Source: Girardia tigrina (Eukaryota). Taken from it: a stretch of 64,000 nucleotides of DNA. The notes beneath the pieces are model-generated. The model was not told the origin of the DNA and made no database searches. It was given only the letters and a program-made list of their open reading frames with translations. The translations under genes were made by a program, and so were the position numbers. Shown here piece by piece: positions 12,353-24,406 of this stretch. The stretch covers positions 60,943 to 124,942 of the forward strand of contig MQRK01230866.1 of the NCBI GenBank assembly GCA_001938485.1, read 5' to 3'. The number at the start of each line of letters is the position of its first letter. Position 1 is the first letter of the stretch.

Positions 12353-14212
12353 CTGTAAAATCCCGAGTATAAGCTGCAACACGTATTGGCTGCAGATAGT
12401 CTATTTCTGGAAGTGTACTTTTTAGTCGTATAAGCTGCAACACGTATTAGCTGCACTATTTGCAACAGATTTTCCACTTTTTAACATGCTGCTCATTTGT
12501 CCTTGCAAGAAGATATTGATTGTCTATCTATATTGTAAAGGTAGGAATTTTAAGTAGTTTTTTAGGGTTTTATGCTTTTACTTTTACTTTCTTTTTAGAA
12601 TGACTGAACAAATTTGATCTGGTACAACTGATTTATAAAATGCTACCTGTTAATGAAATAGTAAAAATTTATGATTTTGTTTAAATATTACTGCAAGGTC
12701 ATTTTCATTTTGTATGATTTTTTTATATCCGTAACCATGGCTGACAACGGAGAACCAAACCAAAAGAAACTACGAAGATCTTTTACTTCAGCAAAGAAGA
12801 AAGAAATTATTGAATTAGCACGTCAATTAGGAAATACAAGGGAAGCTGCGTGACGATATGGAATTAACGAAACTGTGATTCGACGGTGGAGCACCCAATA
12901 ACGTGTTATCAAAACAATGAATCCAAATCGAAGAGCGTTGCGTGGTGGCAATGCTAGATACCCAGAATTGGAATGTAAATTATACGAATGAGTGGTAAAG
13001 CAACGTGAACGCGAACTTCAAGTGTCAGTTACATAAATTCGATTACAAGCACAACTTATTGCCAAAGAGATGAAGGTTGAAAGATTTATTGCGAGCTCCC
13101 AGTGGGCCGATAATTTTATGAAACGCAAAAATTTTGGTGTTCGACGGCCAACAACAAAGCAACAGTTACCCAAACAGTGGGAATTTCAAGTAGCTAAGTT
13201 TAGAAGCATCATCACTGACTTGGTAAAGGATTTACCCGATAATCAAATCGGGAATTTTTATGAAGTGTCCATTCAATGTGACATGCCTTTAGATTATACA
13301 GCACTAAAAGTGCCACCGAAGTTCGAATTAAAACTACAGGACACGAGAAAAAACGTTTTACTGTCAATCTATGTGTTCTCAAAGATGGTACTAAACTTCC
13401 TCCTTTTGTTACTTTGGACAGAAAGACACTTCCAAAGATCTGCATTCCTGAATCAAAGCTTATTGTTGCAGCTAATGGATCCGGTTGGATGAATCACGAA
13501 ACGCTTGAAATATGGCTCAAAAAAGTATGGAAGAATCGAAATACATTGCCGCCAAAGACACAATGGGACCAGGATCCAAAAGTACCATCGTTGCTTTTAT
13601 TTGATATGCATCGTTCACATTTCGTCCCTAATACACTTGATAAAATTAAGAAAGAGTTCAAAGTAGCTATCATTCCAACCGGACTGACATCAAAGCTGCA
13701 GCCATTGGATCTCACTGTTAACCAATTTCAAATCTAAATTGCGCAAGAAGTGGGAAGATTGGATCATCAATGAATATGAGAATATCAAACGTACTAAGTC
13801 AAACAACATGAAAGCCGCTGACTGGGATACTATTTTTGAATGTATTGTCTCTTCTTGGGAAGAAATAAATATTTCAACCATTTTGAATGGCTTCCGAGTT
13901 TCTTTCGGTGAAGATGATGTTCTTGAAACTAAAGGGAATGAAACTGAAGTTAATAGGTGCAGGCCAAGTATTGTAGAAATTCCTGAATTTGCCAATTTAC
14001 TAGAAAATTTCACTGTAATTGAGGATGAAAATACTGATGGTTTTGAAGAGTGTGACGTTGAAAATTTGGATGTACATGTAAATAAATAACAAAATTTATT
14101 TTCAAATTACTAGTAAATGATTTTTAGTGGTATAACGCATCGTATTAGCTGCAGCGCAAAAATGTCTTATTTTTACACGAATAAGCTGCAGCTTATACTC
14201 GGGATTTTACAG
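12353..14212 (+). mobile_element. Full-length pogo/Tigger-superfamily transposon (inactivated)
   Basis: TIRs ctgtaaaatcccgagtataagctgca / tgcagcttatactcgggattttacag+TA. Confidence 0.92.
12737..14089 (+). pseudogene. pogo-family (HTH-CENPB + DDE_1) transposase with stops and frameshifts
   Basis: RRSFTSAKK, ARYPELE.KL, F.ASSQW..NFMKR, GHEKKRFTV..DGTKLPP, GWMN, LLFDMHRSH, IPTGLTSKLQPLD.TVN; split over ORFs 12671, 13070, 13414 and 13739. Confidence 0.9.
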
Positions 14213-14518
14213 TAGTATTTTCTAAACCTCATTGGTATAAATTCAGAGTATGTCGTCAATACTCGTCAATTTTATTAACTAGTTTATATACTTTCATTTA
14301 AGAATATGTGGTTTAAATATTCTTTAATGAAAGAATATCATATTCTTCTAACCTGGTTTTACTAATTCTTGTTTTCTTAGCTATTAATCGGGTTAATCAT
14401 TGTTAACAAGTTGTATTTTAACAACATGGATCAGGGTTGGTCAACCTTATATACATATGCGATAAAGTTTCATTAACAGTGTGAGAGGTGGTTGCAACAT
14501 CGATATTCGAGTTCATTT

Positions 14519-15141
14519 TTTTAATACCAAAATTTATTTATATAACAATTCACATATTTAAAACAAATTTTCCTGTTAATTTAATTATCTCGCCCCAAAT
14601 TAATCTATTAAATTCTTTTCGATTCAATTTTTAAAATCCTGAAAATTTATTTCAAAAATTATTTACAAGTTATTTAAAATTGCTTATTAAAAATATTTTT
14701 ATTTATAAATAAATAAATTTTATAGTTTTCTTAACATTTTTAATTTTAAGATATTTAATAGATACATTAAAAGATATTTTTTATTTTTAAATAGATATTT
14801 AATTTTTTATGCTTTTCTTTTATTATATCATTTNNNNNNNNNNNNNNNNNNNNNNNNNNNNNNNNNNNNNNNNNNNNNNNNNNTATTTTTTATTTTTAAA
14901 TAGATATTTAATTTTTTATGCTTTTCTTTTATTATATCATTTTTAATTTTTTAAAATATTTAAAAACACATTAAAAAATATTTTATTTTTAAAAACGTTT
15001 TTACTTTTTAATAGTTTTATTATATCATTTTTAATTTTAAAATATTTAATAAGCATATTAACATTAAAATATTTTACCCCTTTAAATTAAAAAAATAATA
15101 AATTATTCTGGCGAGATAAAAATTTAAATTAACCCCTCATA
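14519..15141. mobile_element. Solo LTR-like repeat, family A, copy 3 (inverted, truncated, spans a gap)
   Basis: Reverse complement of copies 1 and 2 (…cgccccaaattaat…; ends ttaacccctcata); the TGTAAGT end is missing. Confidence 0.6.
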
Positions 15142-16148
15142 AAGAGATTCATACATTTGCAGAGAAAGTAAGTACAGACAGTTCCTCTAAGAAAGATAAG
15201 ACAATTTCAACAAAAGTAGAAGTCCATAAGGGTGAATGAGTTATGGTAAAATTGGAAGCTTTACATGAAAGACAAGAATGATACGACAGGACAATAAAAG
15301 GATTGATCTAAATGCCGCGCAATACGAAAATATAATATATATTGCAAATAACTTATTATGATTTATTATTTGGTCATTGATGATTATCTTTTGTAAACGA
15401 ACTATTTGGATCACACAATTAAATCATATTACATTAAATAGACAAAATAATTTTTAAGTTAAGCCGGAAATGATTATGGATCTTGGGCAATTTAATGTTA
15501 ATTTTTTCATTTCAAAATAAAAATCTACATCACGATTTATTGATAAAAATGAGACGTTCTCTATATTTGTTAAGTTAGAAAATTATTAGAGATTGTAGGA
15601 ATATTATTTTTGTTTCCAAAAATCGATTTAAAATATGAAAAGTTGAATTTATTGAGATATAATTGTATTGGTACTTAATAGAAATTAAAATTTTCTAATT
15701 ATTTTTTGATGGTTTTAGAAGAATCTTCCTCAATCAGTATTTATGGAACATATCAGCCTGTCCAATATTTTAAAATAGGTAATACCAAAATCGTCTTAGT
15801 AATTACTCAAATAAATAAAAATCATTATTTGTTATTTTGCAGGCATAATGAACAACTTTGCCATTCCATTTGATGGCTTTTATATTTTTCTTTTGGGGAG
15901 GTTCATTAAGAGGTATATAGGGATCTGTATCGTATGTCTGTATGTTAATTCTTAAAGAAAAACGAAATGTTTTAATTGAAAGAATAACATCCTTCCATCA
16001 GAAAACATACTTTGTTATAGTTTGTCAGCATTAATTATATTAAATAAAACCAAAATCTATTAAATTGATAATATTTTCTGGCACATGTAATATTATATAA
16101 ATAGTTAGTATAATTATTTGAAATATAATTTATTTAATATCTTTTTAG

Positions 16149-16317
16149 ATGTATCATTTGTATGTGTGATTATGTTGAAGGGGAGGAGTGTCGTCATTTA
16201 CCTTGCTTGCACACTTTTCATCGAAAATGTATTGATGAATGGCTTCTCAGATCTTTCACATGCCCGTCGTGTCTTGAACAAGTAGATATGGTGCTTCTCT
16301 CAAATCAAACTGTGAAA
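16149..16317 (+). CDS. RNF11: RNF11-like RING-H2 exon
   Basis: tttag|A TGT ATC ATT TGT; CIICMCDY...CRHLPCLHTFHRKCIDEWLLRSFTCPSCLEQVD (C3H2C3; RNF11 WLMRSFTCPSCMEPVD); donor gtaaaa at 16318. Confidence 0.93.
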
Positions 16318-16361
16318 GTAAAATTATTGATATTAAGTCATTTATGTATAAAATCATGTAG

Positions 16362-16613
16362 AATAAACCACCAAACCAAGAATCAGTAGATAATGTTAGT
16401 AAAAAACGTAAACGTCGCAGCGCATCTAGTGTTGATAGTGGCTCCCAAAGAATATCTCGGCAGCAGTCCAGGATGTCTCAGAAGTCAAAAGCAGAGTCCG
16501 TAGGAGTTAAACATTCTCCACAAAGAGAACATAATATCGGATCTAGTTCAGCAGCCGTTAATGAAGATTCTAATTCTGCTTCTGCGCTTTTACTTCATGA
16601 AACAAATCACTAA
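16362..16613 (+). CDS. RNF11: RNF11-like terminal exon (83-aa basic/Ser-rich extension)
   Basis: After a 44-nt GT..AG intron (16318-16361), a phase-0 open frame NKPPNQESVDNVSKKRKRRSASS...SALLLHETNH* ends at TAA 16611-16613. Confidence 0.7.
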   Translation, partial: NKPPNQESVDNVSKKRKRRSASSVDSGSQRISRQQSRMSQKSKAESVGVKHSPQREHNIGSSSAAVNEDSNSASALLLHETNH

Positions 16614-17068
16614 TCTAAAGTAATTTTTTATAATTTTACAAATATTTCAACATAATAAAAATTATCAAATTTGTATTCCAAAAAATAAATGGTACATAAA
16701 ATAATTTTATCAATTTACAAAAAATTTTAAAAATAGGTCTTTCCAGGAAATAAGGATTAATATCTTGCGTTACAATGGCGTATAAAGTATAGAATCACAA
16801 GACTTTTATGGTGACAGAATTACTTTCGCTAACCCTAATCATAACCCTCATCAAATCTTTTTTACTCTTCAATTTCAACTTTTTAAAATCGGGAAATTGC
16901 CCAGAGATAGTACTACTTTAAATTTGCATCATATTGGTAAACAAAATATTATTTGTTACTGAAGATATGATGCAAATTTAGAATAAAACGTAAAGAATTG
17001 TTTATGCTTATTGGGAAATTGTTGTTTTATTTAATTTTTGGAACATTTATTTTATTCTTATATTTTTT

Positions 17069-17279
17069 TACCGTATTCTTTTCGGATTATTTTTTTTTAA
17101 TGCGCACCTAAAAACGTATTTGCTAAAAAACGGCAATGCTCCTTACATTCTACCTGGTTTTGCTGAATCCTTGTGACCTCGAACCAATTTCTATGTTCAC
17201 AATATCTGTTAAAGACGGACGATTTTTTTAAGCAAATATAAATATTTTAGGTGCACCTTATTGTCCTAAAAATACAGTA
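17069..17279. mobile_element. pogo-like MITE
   Basis: TAccgtatt...gcacctaaaa / ttttaggtgcaccttattgtcctaaaaatacagTA imperfect TIRs. Confidence 0.6.
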
Positions 17280-17355
17280 AATTTAATTCTAATTGTGAGG
17301 AATATTTTAAATTGTTTGAATGTGTAAATGTATGGATGTTGTATGTTGATTTAAG

Positions 17356-18420
17356 TACAGTAAAGATTCACAAATTGCAACTTTTTTGAAACAATTTATC
17401 CAGAAAAGTTGCAATTTGTGAAATTGGTGTATAAAAATAATTTATAATAGCAAAAGACAAAATGAATCTGAAAAAAAGAAAGAGAATGAAAAGAAACAAC
17501 AATTTATTTATATTGTAAATTTTTAGAAATAATTTTCTCGCGTATTCTTCGTAAGAATAGAATTTCTTCAATGGTTAAATTGCTTTCTGCATAATCAATG
17601 GTAATATTTAAGCTTTTGATAACATTATTGATACTAATATCTGGATTAAAGCTTTCATTGTTTTGATCTTNNNNNNNNNNNNNNNNNNNNNNNNNNNNNN
17701 NNNNNNNNNNNNNNNNNNNNNNNNAAATTTCATGGGCTCCCGATGCCCATTGCATTATTTCTTCATCTTCTACATTTGAATCTGGGACAACATGCCGATA
17801 TAAACTGATTAATGATTTCTCATCACATTCCTTAATATCAATAGGTATTGATTCTAAATTGACAATACGTGTCAGTTGTTGGAATCCACTCGAAATAATC
17901 GAGTTGCCGACTTCATTCCATGCTTCTGTGACAAGGTATGCAACATCTTTCAAATTTATGTCATCTAACTTACTATTTAAGTTATCTGATTGCGAAGTTA
18001 AATGGAAAAGGAGTTTCTTTCTATAAATTTGTTTCAGTGTTTTGATGATATTTTGATCTAATGGTTGCAATATAGCAGTGGTATTGGGTGGAAAGAAATA
18101 GACAGTTATGTTTCCCCAATCGGATGTTAATGGCTTCTCACTGAAATGTGAAGTAGAATTATCAAGAAGAAGAACAGCTTTGGGAGGTAAATTTTTCATT
18201 AATAGATATTTTCTTACTTCTGGTACGAATACATCAGTTAACCATTCCTTAAATAGTCCTCATGTTTGCCAAGCATTTTTTGAATCCCGATAATGCATTT
18301 CAGGTAGAATAAAATTTTTGAAACATCGCGGGTTGTTTGATTTTCCAATGAGCATTAACGGTAATTTATGGTTTCCATTTGCATTTGTACAAGCCATCAT
18401 CGTAATTCTTTCTTTGGATT
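17356..18420 (-). mobile_element. Tigger/Jerky-like transposon, 5'-truncated, with DDE_1 remnant
   Basis: TAcagt end at 17356; KERIT...NANGNHKLPL..IGKS..PRCFK, AVLLLDNSTSH, FFPPNTTAILQPLDQNII. Confidence 0.85.
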
Positions 18421-20896
18421 AAAGAAAATATTAGAATGGGAAAGACAAAAGAATGGCTTCTAAAAACAATATCGTGACGCAAGAGATAACAAATATTGGA
18501 TCCCTATTTTTTTCTTACTATTTTATAATAAATAAGATTAAAACAAAATTAGATTAAATATTTTTGAGTTTTAAGAAATATAATAATTTTTAAGTTTTAA
18601 AAATTAATCAGAATTTAAAAAATATAAGATTATTTTAAAAATAAAGATTGGTGAATTGGTTTTGAAATTACTAAGGAAGTATAAAATTTGTTTATAATTA
18701 AAAATATTAATTGTATTATTTATGAATATTGATATAACTAATGATTTCTATTAACAACATCAATATGAGTTTTACAACATTTATTATCGCAAAATTTACA
18801 TTATTTATATCACAAGCGCATTCACTATTTGACATTTTTCTTGATCAATATATTTCTGAGTTCAAACTAATTATTTTCAATAAATGAAAATCTGTTAATA
18901 AAAATTATTAATTATAAAGAATCTAATTGGTTAAAATTAAATCTAAACTTTTTTTTAAAAAGAACATATTAAATTAATATATTAAAATTTTAAATTACAT
19001 TAAAAAATAAATAATACATTCAAAAATTATTTTAAATCTTTGTACTTTAAAATTAAACTATTTTTTTTATAATTAGTAGGAATCAAAGAAAATACCGACC
19101 ATCCATCTGTGTAGGAGAGGAACATTCCGAATCAGCATAAACATGCACAATATCAACACACAATTCAAAACATTCCTCACAATTTCAAAGCAATATTTAA
19201 CACTATTTGCACTTAATGTTTCTTTTAAACCATGATTTAAGCATAATATTATAAGACACTATAGTTTATAAAATTTATCGCTTTTCCTTCACAAAGAACT
19301 AATTCCGATGGATTTCCTGAAATAATAAATATCCGAGTTTCGGCTAATAATTCTTTTTTTATTCTTGAGATGACTTTTGATGTTTATTACAGAATAATGC
19401 TCGGGAAATTTATATTATTGAAATCATTTTTCAGATCTAAACAAACTATCACGTTTTCCAACTTATTCTTTAACTAATTTTAAAAATTCTAAATTTACAA
19501 TCAATTGAATACTAAAATTTTTAAATAAACACAAAAATAATTATTAATTATTTGTAATTTAATGATTCGAATCTTAAATATTTAGATTATATATTTATCA
19601 TGTTATCGTTACATCGAGGCTGTTATGGGTTTTTTTGGTAAACTTTAAATTTTTGAAAATTTTTGAATTGAAAATCATATTTATAGTTAAGATAAGTTAA
19701 AATTTTACCAAAGTTTTAGAAAATCAATTTAAAAGAAAGGGAAAGTCTAATTCAAATGAATGTGTATAATTTAAGTTCAAAATCAAAATGGATATAAATA
19801 TTTTTACAAAAAATTAATTTACACGGAAACCTGTATTAAAATGTGTTTTATAATTAATGTTTGTTAAAAAAACTAAAATGGAATAAATATTTTGATGAAA
19901 TTAATTTTACAATAGATTAAAGAATACTTTTTATAAAACTAAGTTTTAAAAAAAATATAATGAAAATAAATATTTTATTGAAATTAATTGTAAACTGGAA
20001 TTTATATTTAAAAAATCATTAATAATTGAATGTTTTAAAAAATTATTTAGGAATTTAATTTTAACATTAAATTTTCCATTAAAATATTTTTAGAGATCTA
20101 AAATCATATTTAAGTTTAATAAAAATTGTAAAAAACAAAATATAATTTATACAAAACTTAATAAAATAACATTTACGTATATCGATATTTATATTTTAAA
20201 ATTTTGAAATCTGGTTTATGCAAACTGAAAATATTGTTCCTCATAAATTTGTTTGTATAATGAAAGTTGTACTAGAAATAAAATTTAGTCATGAATAAAA
20301 TTTATCACGAACCCAGTAGATGAAATAAGTTTAAATGTAAGGTCAAATACTGAAATCATCATTAAATGTTATTTCACCAATTTTATTGAAGTATATATCA
20401 TATTTCCTATTAGAGACGTAGATTTAATCGTAGAGAAACCTTTTGATATTACCTAACCTAACAAATGTGTTCATTAATCGATTTCACAAATATCGTTTAA
20501 AGAATCTAAATAATTCAAAACATTTGTTAAAGTTTAATTTATTCCAGTGTGGCCAATGATTATATAAATGAAAGTGGTAACATAGTTTCATTTATAATTA
20601 GATGTTTTTCTTTGATATCTATGTGTAATGTTATTCAATTATCTCTGTTTGAGGTTGAGATTCGATTTACTGTCTTTATATAGCTCGGAAACTTGAGACA
20701 TTTCTATGATGACCTTAAGTTCAGAGAAATGGATATTATTTTAGTGCCAAAGTCCGTTGAATCAAAATAACACTTTAAATATTATTTATATAAATTTATT
20801 ACATTACAATGAAAAGATTTTAAATTCAAGGAGTTTTTTTTCAATATTTTACTACTTCTAACATAATTAGCACTTGTTTCAAAACGATTATTATTA

Positions 20897-21904
20897 TAGG
20901 GTTTTTCGAGCTGTTTCATATTTTTTGCAAGCAATGTAATAACAAATTTAAACACAAAATGTCATATAAAATATATACAAATACAAAAACATTATGTAAA
21001 AAAGAGGTAACTACATTTTTAAATTTATTTTTTACATGTAAACATTTTATATATAAATAAACTTAATCGTTTATTACTTGTTCCATCTTAGCCCTATGAA
21101 GATATCCAAGCATCTTTCGGTAGAATGCGCCGTAATTTTCGGTTAATATATCATTGAACTTATCAACTATTAATCTTCGAAGTTCTGCTTCATTTCGAGC
21201 ACCACCTCTAATAGCATTATTCTTCCATACAGAAAATATGTTCCAAGAAAGGGGGAATAAGGTGGCAAATACGTTTGCTGAATTTCTTCATCATCCATTA
21301 AGCCACAATATTGAACAAATTCGAGCATTATCCTTGATAAATATTAGGTTTTCAATACACTTAATAATGCAGCACTCTTTAATGTCTTTAAGGCATTGTT
21401 TAAAGTTTTCGCCATTTACTGCTCCTTCAATTATGACATTATAAATCATGCCATATTCGTTCATTGCCGCAAGTACTGAAATATTAGGAACAGTCAAAAA
21501 GGCGGGTTTTTCTCGTCTACTTCTATTACGATTTGGACGAGTAACAATATCAAAGCCAACTTTGTTCAAAATATAAAGTTTTTATCATCATTAATAACTT
21601 CTAATGCTCGAAAGTTTGCAGCGTATACGTCTGAGCCCAATTGTTTTAGTGCAATTTCTTCGCTCAGGCACCAGCGTAACAGCTTTTAGAGTGTAGGGAA
21701 ACTCTCTTAAAGATCTATCTACTGTGCTTAGGTCGATTAAGTTTATTTATGTAAAATGTTTACATGTAAAAAATAAATTTAAAATATAGTTACTTCTTTC
21801 TTTTCACAATGTTTTTTGTATTTATATATTTTATGAATTAAATTTTGTGTTTAAATTTGTTATGAAATTGCCTGCAAAAATTATGAAATAGATGAAAAAC
21901 CCTA
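20897..21904 (-). mobile_element. Tc1/IS630-like element with ~170-bp inverted ends and 5'-truncated transposase
   Basis: 20897-21069 is the reverse complement of 21734-21904; TA flanks; transposase motifs VGF, IKDNARI, YLPPYSPF, NIFS.WK. Confidence 0.82.
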
Positions 21905-22875
21905 TATTACAGTTTGAATTGTCATTTCAATTGTTCTCAAGATTTCCTTCATTATAATCGTCATTCTAAGTTGAAAAATATTTTTAATATCTGATTAATA
22001 TTTCAAAAAATGTACTTTTAAAAGTATCATAAAATTTTAATTAATTAAATTACAATAAAGTCTTTGAATTTATTTTTTTAGAATTAGAATAAATGTTTTT
22101 AAATCTTAAAAATCGATTAGAACAATCAGAATGCTTATTACATCAATCAGCCATCGGGGTAGAGTAGGCATAACTCTAAAACAACACAATTCACATAATC
22201 CGGAAATACTCCTCTTGGAAAATATATAAATGACGTTTCTCAAAAAGTAAATTATTTAATAAAATCAGAGTCATTTATACTCATCCAAAGTTGGTTTTAT
22301 TTAAAGTATGGTGTAAACATCTCAACAAGATAATAATTAACTATTAATTAATGAGAACTATAAGATGTGATGCAATCAGAATGAGTTTTATTTATCATTT
22401 ATTATAACCGTGATTTGTTCAACAATGACTCTGTTGTCTATCTAATAAATACTTTTTCAATAAATGTCTTTACATTTATATTTAAAAATTGCTCTATCAT
22501 AACCATCAAGGCATCGAATTCATCAAACCGCTGTATCATATGTCAGATATGATAAAATGTAGCTTCAGTGGCATTAAATCGTAAAATGCGAATAAAATAT
22601 CTAGAATTTCTTTACGCACAATATATACATTAGATAATATATAGACAATTTATGGTTGACCATGAATGCTAGAAAACGAAATTGACGAAAAATATATCAT
22701 AGATATTTGCGATTGAACCGAAAAATATAAACGCTGAATTTCATTCAAAAAGGATAATTTGACTTCTTGAGTGTATCTGTTTTCCAAAATGCTGATTAAA
22801 GCTTTTCTCTTTTATAAAACGTATGAATTTAACAACAAGCGGCTCACAAACTTTGTTATCACACAAAGTATTATG

Positions 22876-23255
22876 TACTAGTAAATAACCCGTCATGTAT
22901 GACGGGTAAAATTGAGAAAAGAAATTTCATTTTTTAATTTTAATTTGAGTAATTTTGGATGTGGAACAGATGCATTAAAACAAAGAAGACNNNNNNNNNN
23001 NNNNNNNNNNNNNNNNNNNNNNNNNNNNNNNNNNNNNNNNNNNNNNNNNNNNNNNNNNNNNNNNNNNNNNNNNNNNNNNNNNNNNNNNNNNNNNNNNNNN
23101 NNNNNNATAATAATTCATATGGAAAATTCTGCTAATAATAATTTTCCATATGAATTATTATTAATATAAATATCTACTTACAATTGTAAGTAGATAATAT
23201 GAGCGTTAGTGAGGCAGGTAGGCAGTGAGTGACTTGGGCTTTTATAAGATAAGAT
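22876..23255 (+). mobile_element. Possible non-autonomous Helitron/Helentron-like element (spans a gap)
   Basis: 5' tACTAG followed by perfect hairpin acccgtcat-gt-atgacgggt; 3' simple repeats and tttataagataagat end, the architecture of HINE-type elements. Confidence 0.45.
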
Positions 23256-23592
23256 AAGCGTTATGTCGTACACCTTATATTTGTGAGATAATATCATTTA
23301 ATTCCACTGTAATATTTAGGTTTTTGTTCCTTAATTCATTTTTGATTCCCCTTTTTTTCGAATTGTTCCAAAACCTAATATTTAATTCCGAAAGGAAAGA
23401 GTTAAACAATAAGCACTTTACAGTTATAGAGATTCAATACATAAAAATCCAAAATTAATAAGTTTTTCTAACACTTTTCTTTAAATATTGAATTTTCGAA
23501 TTGAGATGGAACGTGAGAATTCGAATTTTTAATTGGAATTGAACATATGAAGGTGTTTTTTCGATAACATATCAAACCAACACATCAGAATA

Positions 23593-24406
23593 TACAGGGT
23601 TTCCACTTTTAAATGTGATTTTTTTTTCATTTTGAAGTGTGAAAACTTTATAAATAAATTTACTACTAATATATTGAAAATAATTTAATGTTGTTGCCTT
23701 GTTTCACGGGCTGATGGAAACAATTTCATCTTTGTAGATGAAGTTGGCTTCAATATAAGCATGCGCTGCCGATATGGAAGAAGTGAGTGTGGTCATGCAG
23801 CAATTCAGCGCGTTCAAAATATCAGAAGTAGAAATATTTCCGTTTGTTGTGGACTGCTTAAGACCAGTGTGCTGTACTATAAAAGGCAAAATCGTGCTTT
23901 CAATATTGAAACATTTCTAGAATTTATTGATGATACCGTAGCTAAACTGGCCGAAATGAATATGAGTAATATGATGTTTATTATGGACATTGTCGCATTC
24001 CATAAGTCCCACCTTGTTGCAGAAAAAATAACAGCTTCCTGGCATACAATTCATTTTTTGCCACCCTACTCCCCATTTTTGAATCCTATCGAGAACATGT
24101 TTTCTGAGGTAAAACAGCGTGTTAGAGTGGCCCGCCATCATAATGAAGAGCAGTTATTCACCAGTATCGACTCTTCTTTTAATGCAGTTGTATCAAATAG
24201 CTGTGAAAATTACTATCGGCACATGCTATCTTTTATTCCGAAATGCTTGAACAGAGAAATAATTGATGATGAAAATTATAATTAAATCATTACATGAATG
24301 TGTTTATTTAACAATTTTTTTATATGTTTTTATATCACTTTTTCATCTTTTTAATTTTCACACTTCAAAGTGGAAAAAATTCACATTTAAAAGTGGAAAC
24401 TCTGTA
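23593..24406 (+). mobile_element. Tc1/IS630-like element with internal deletion
   Basis: TIRs TAcagggtttccacttttaaatgtga / tcacatttaaaagtggaaactctgTA; FIFVDEVGFN...IMDIVAFH...LPPYSPFLNPIENMFS (DDE) in 23725-24285. Confidence 0.9.

Noticed and set aside
14779-14945. Direct repeat on both sides of an N gap
   Set aside because: Typical scaffolding overlap artefact
16162-16389. ORF-track 75-aa protein as a standalone gene
   Set aside because: It is an internal RNF11 exon read through into the intron
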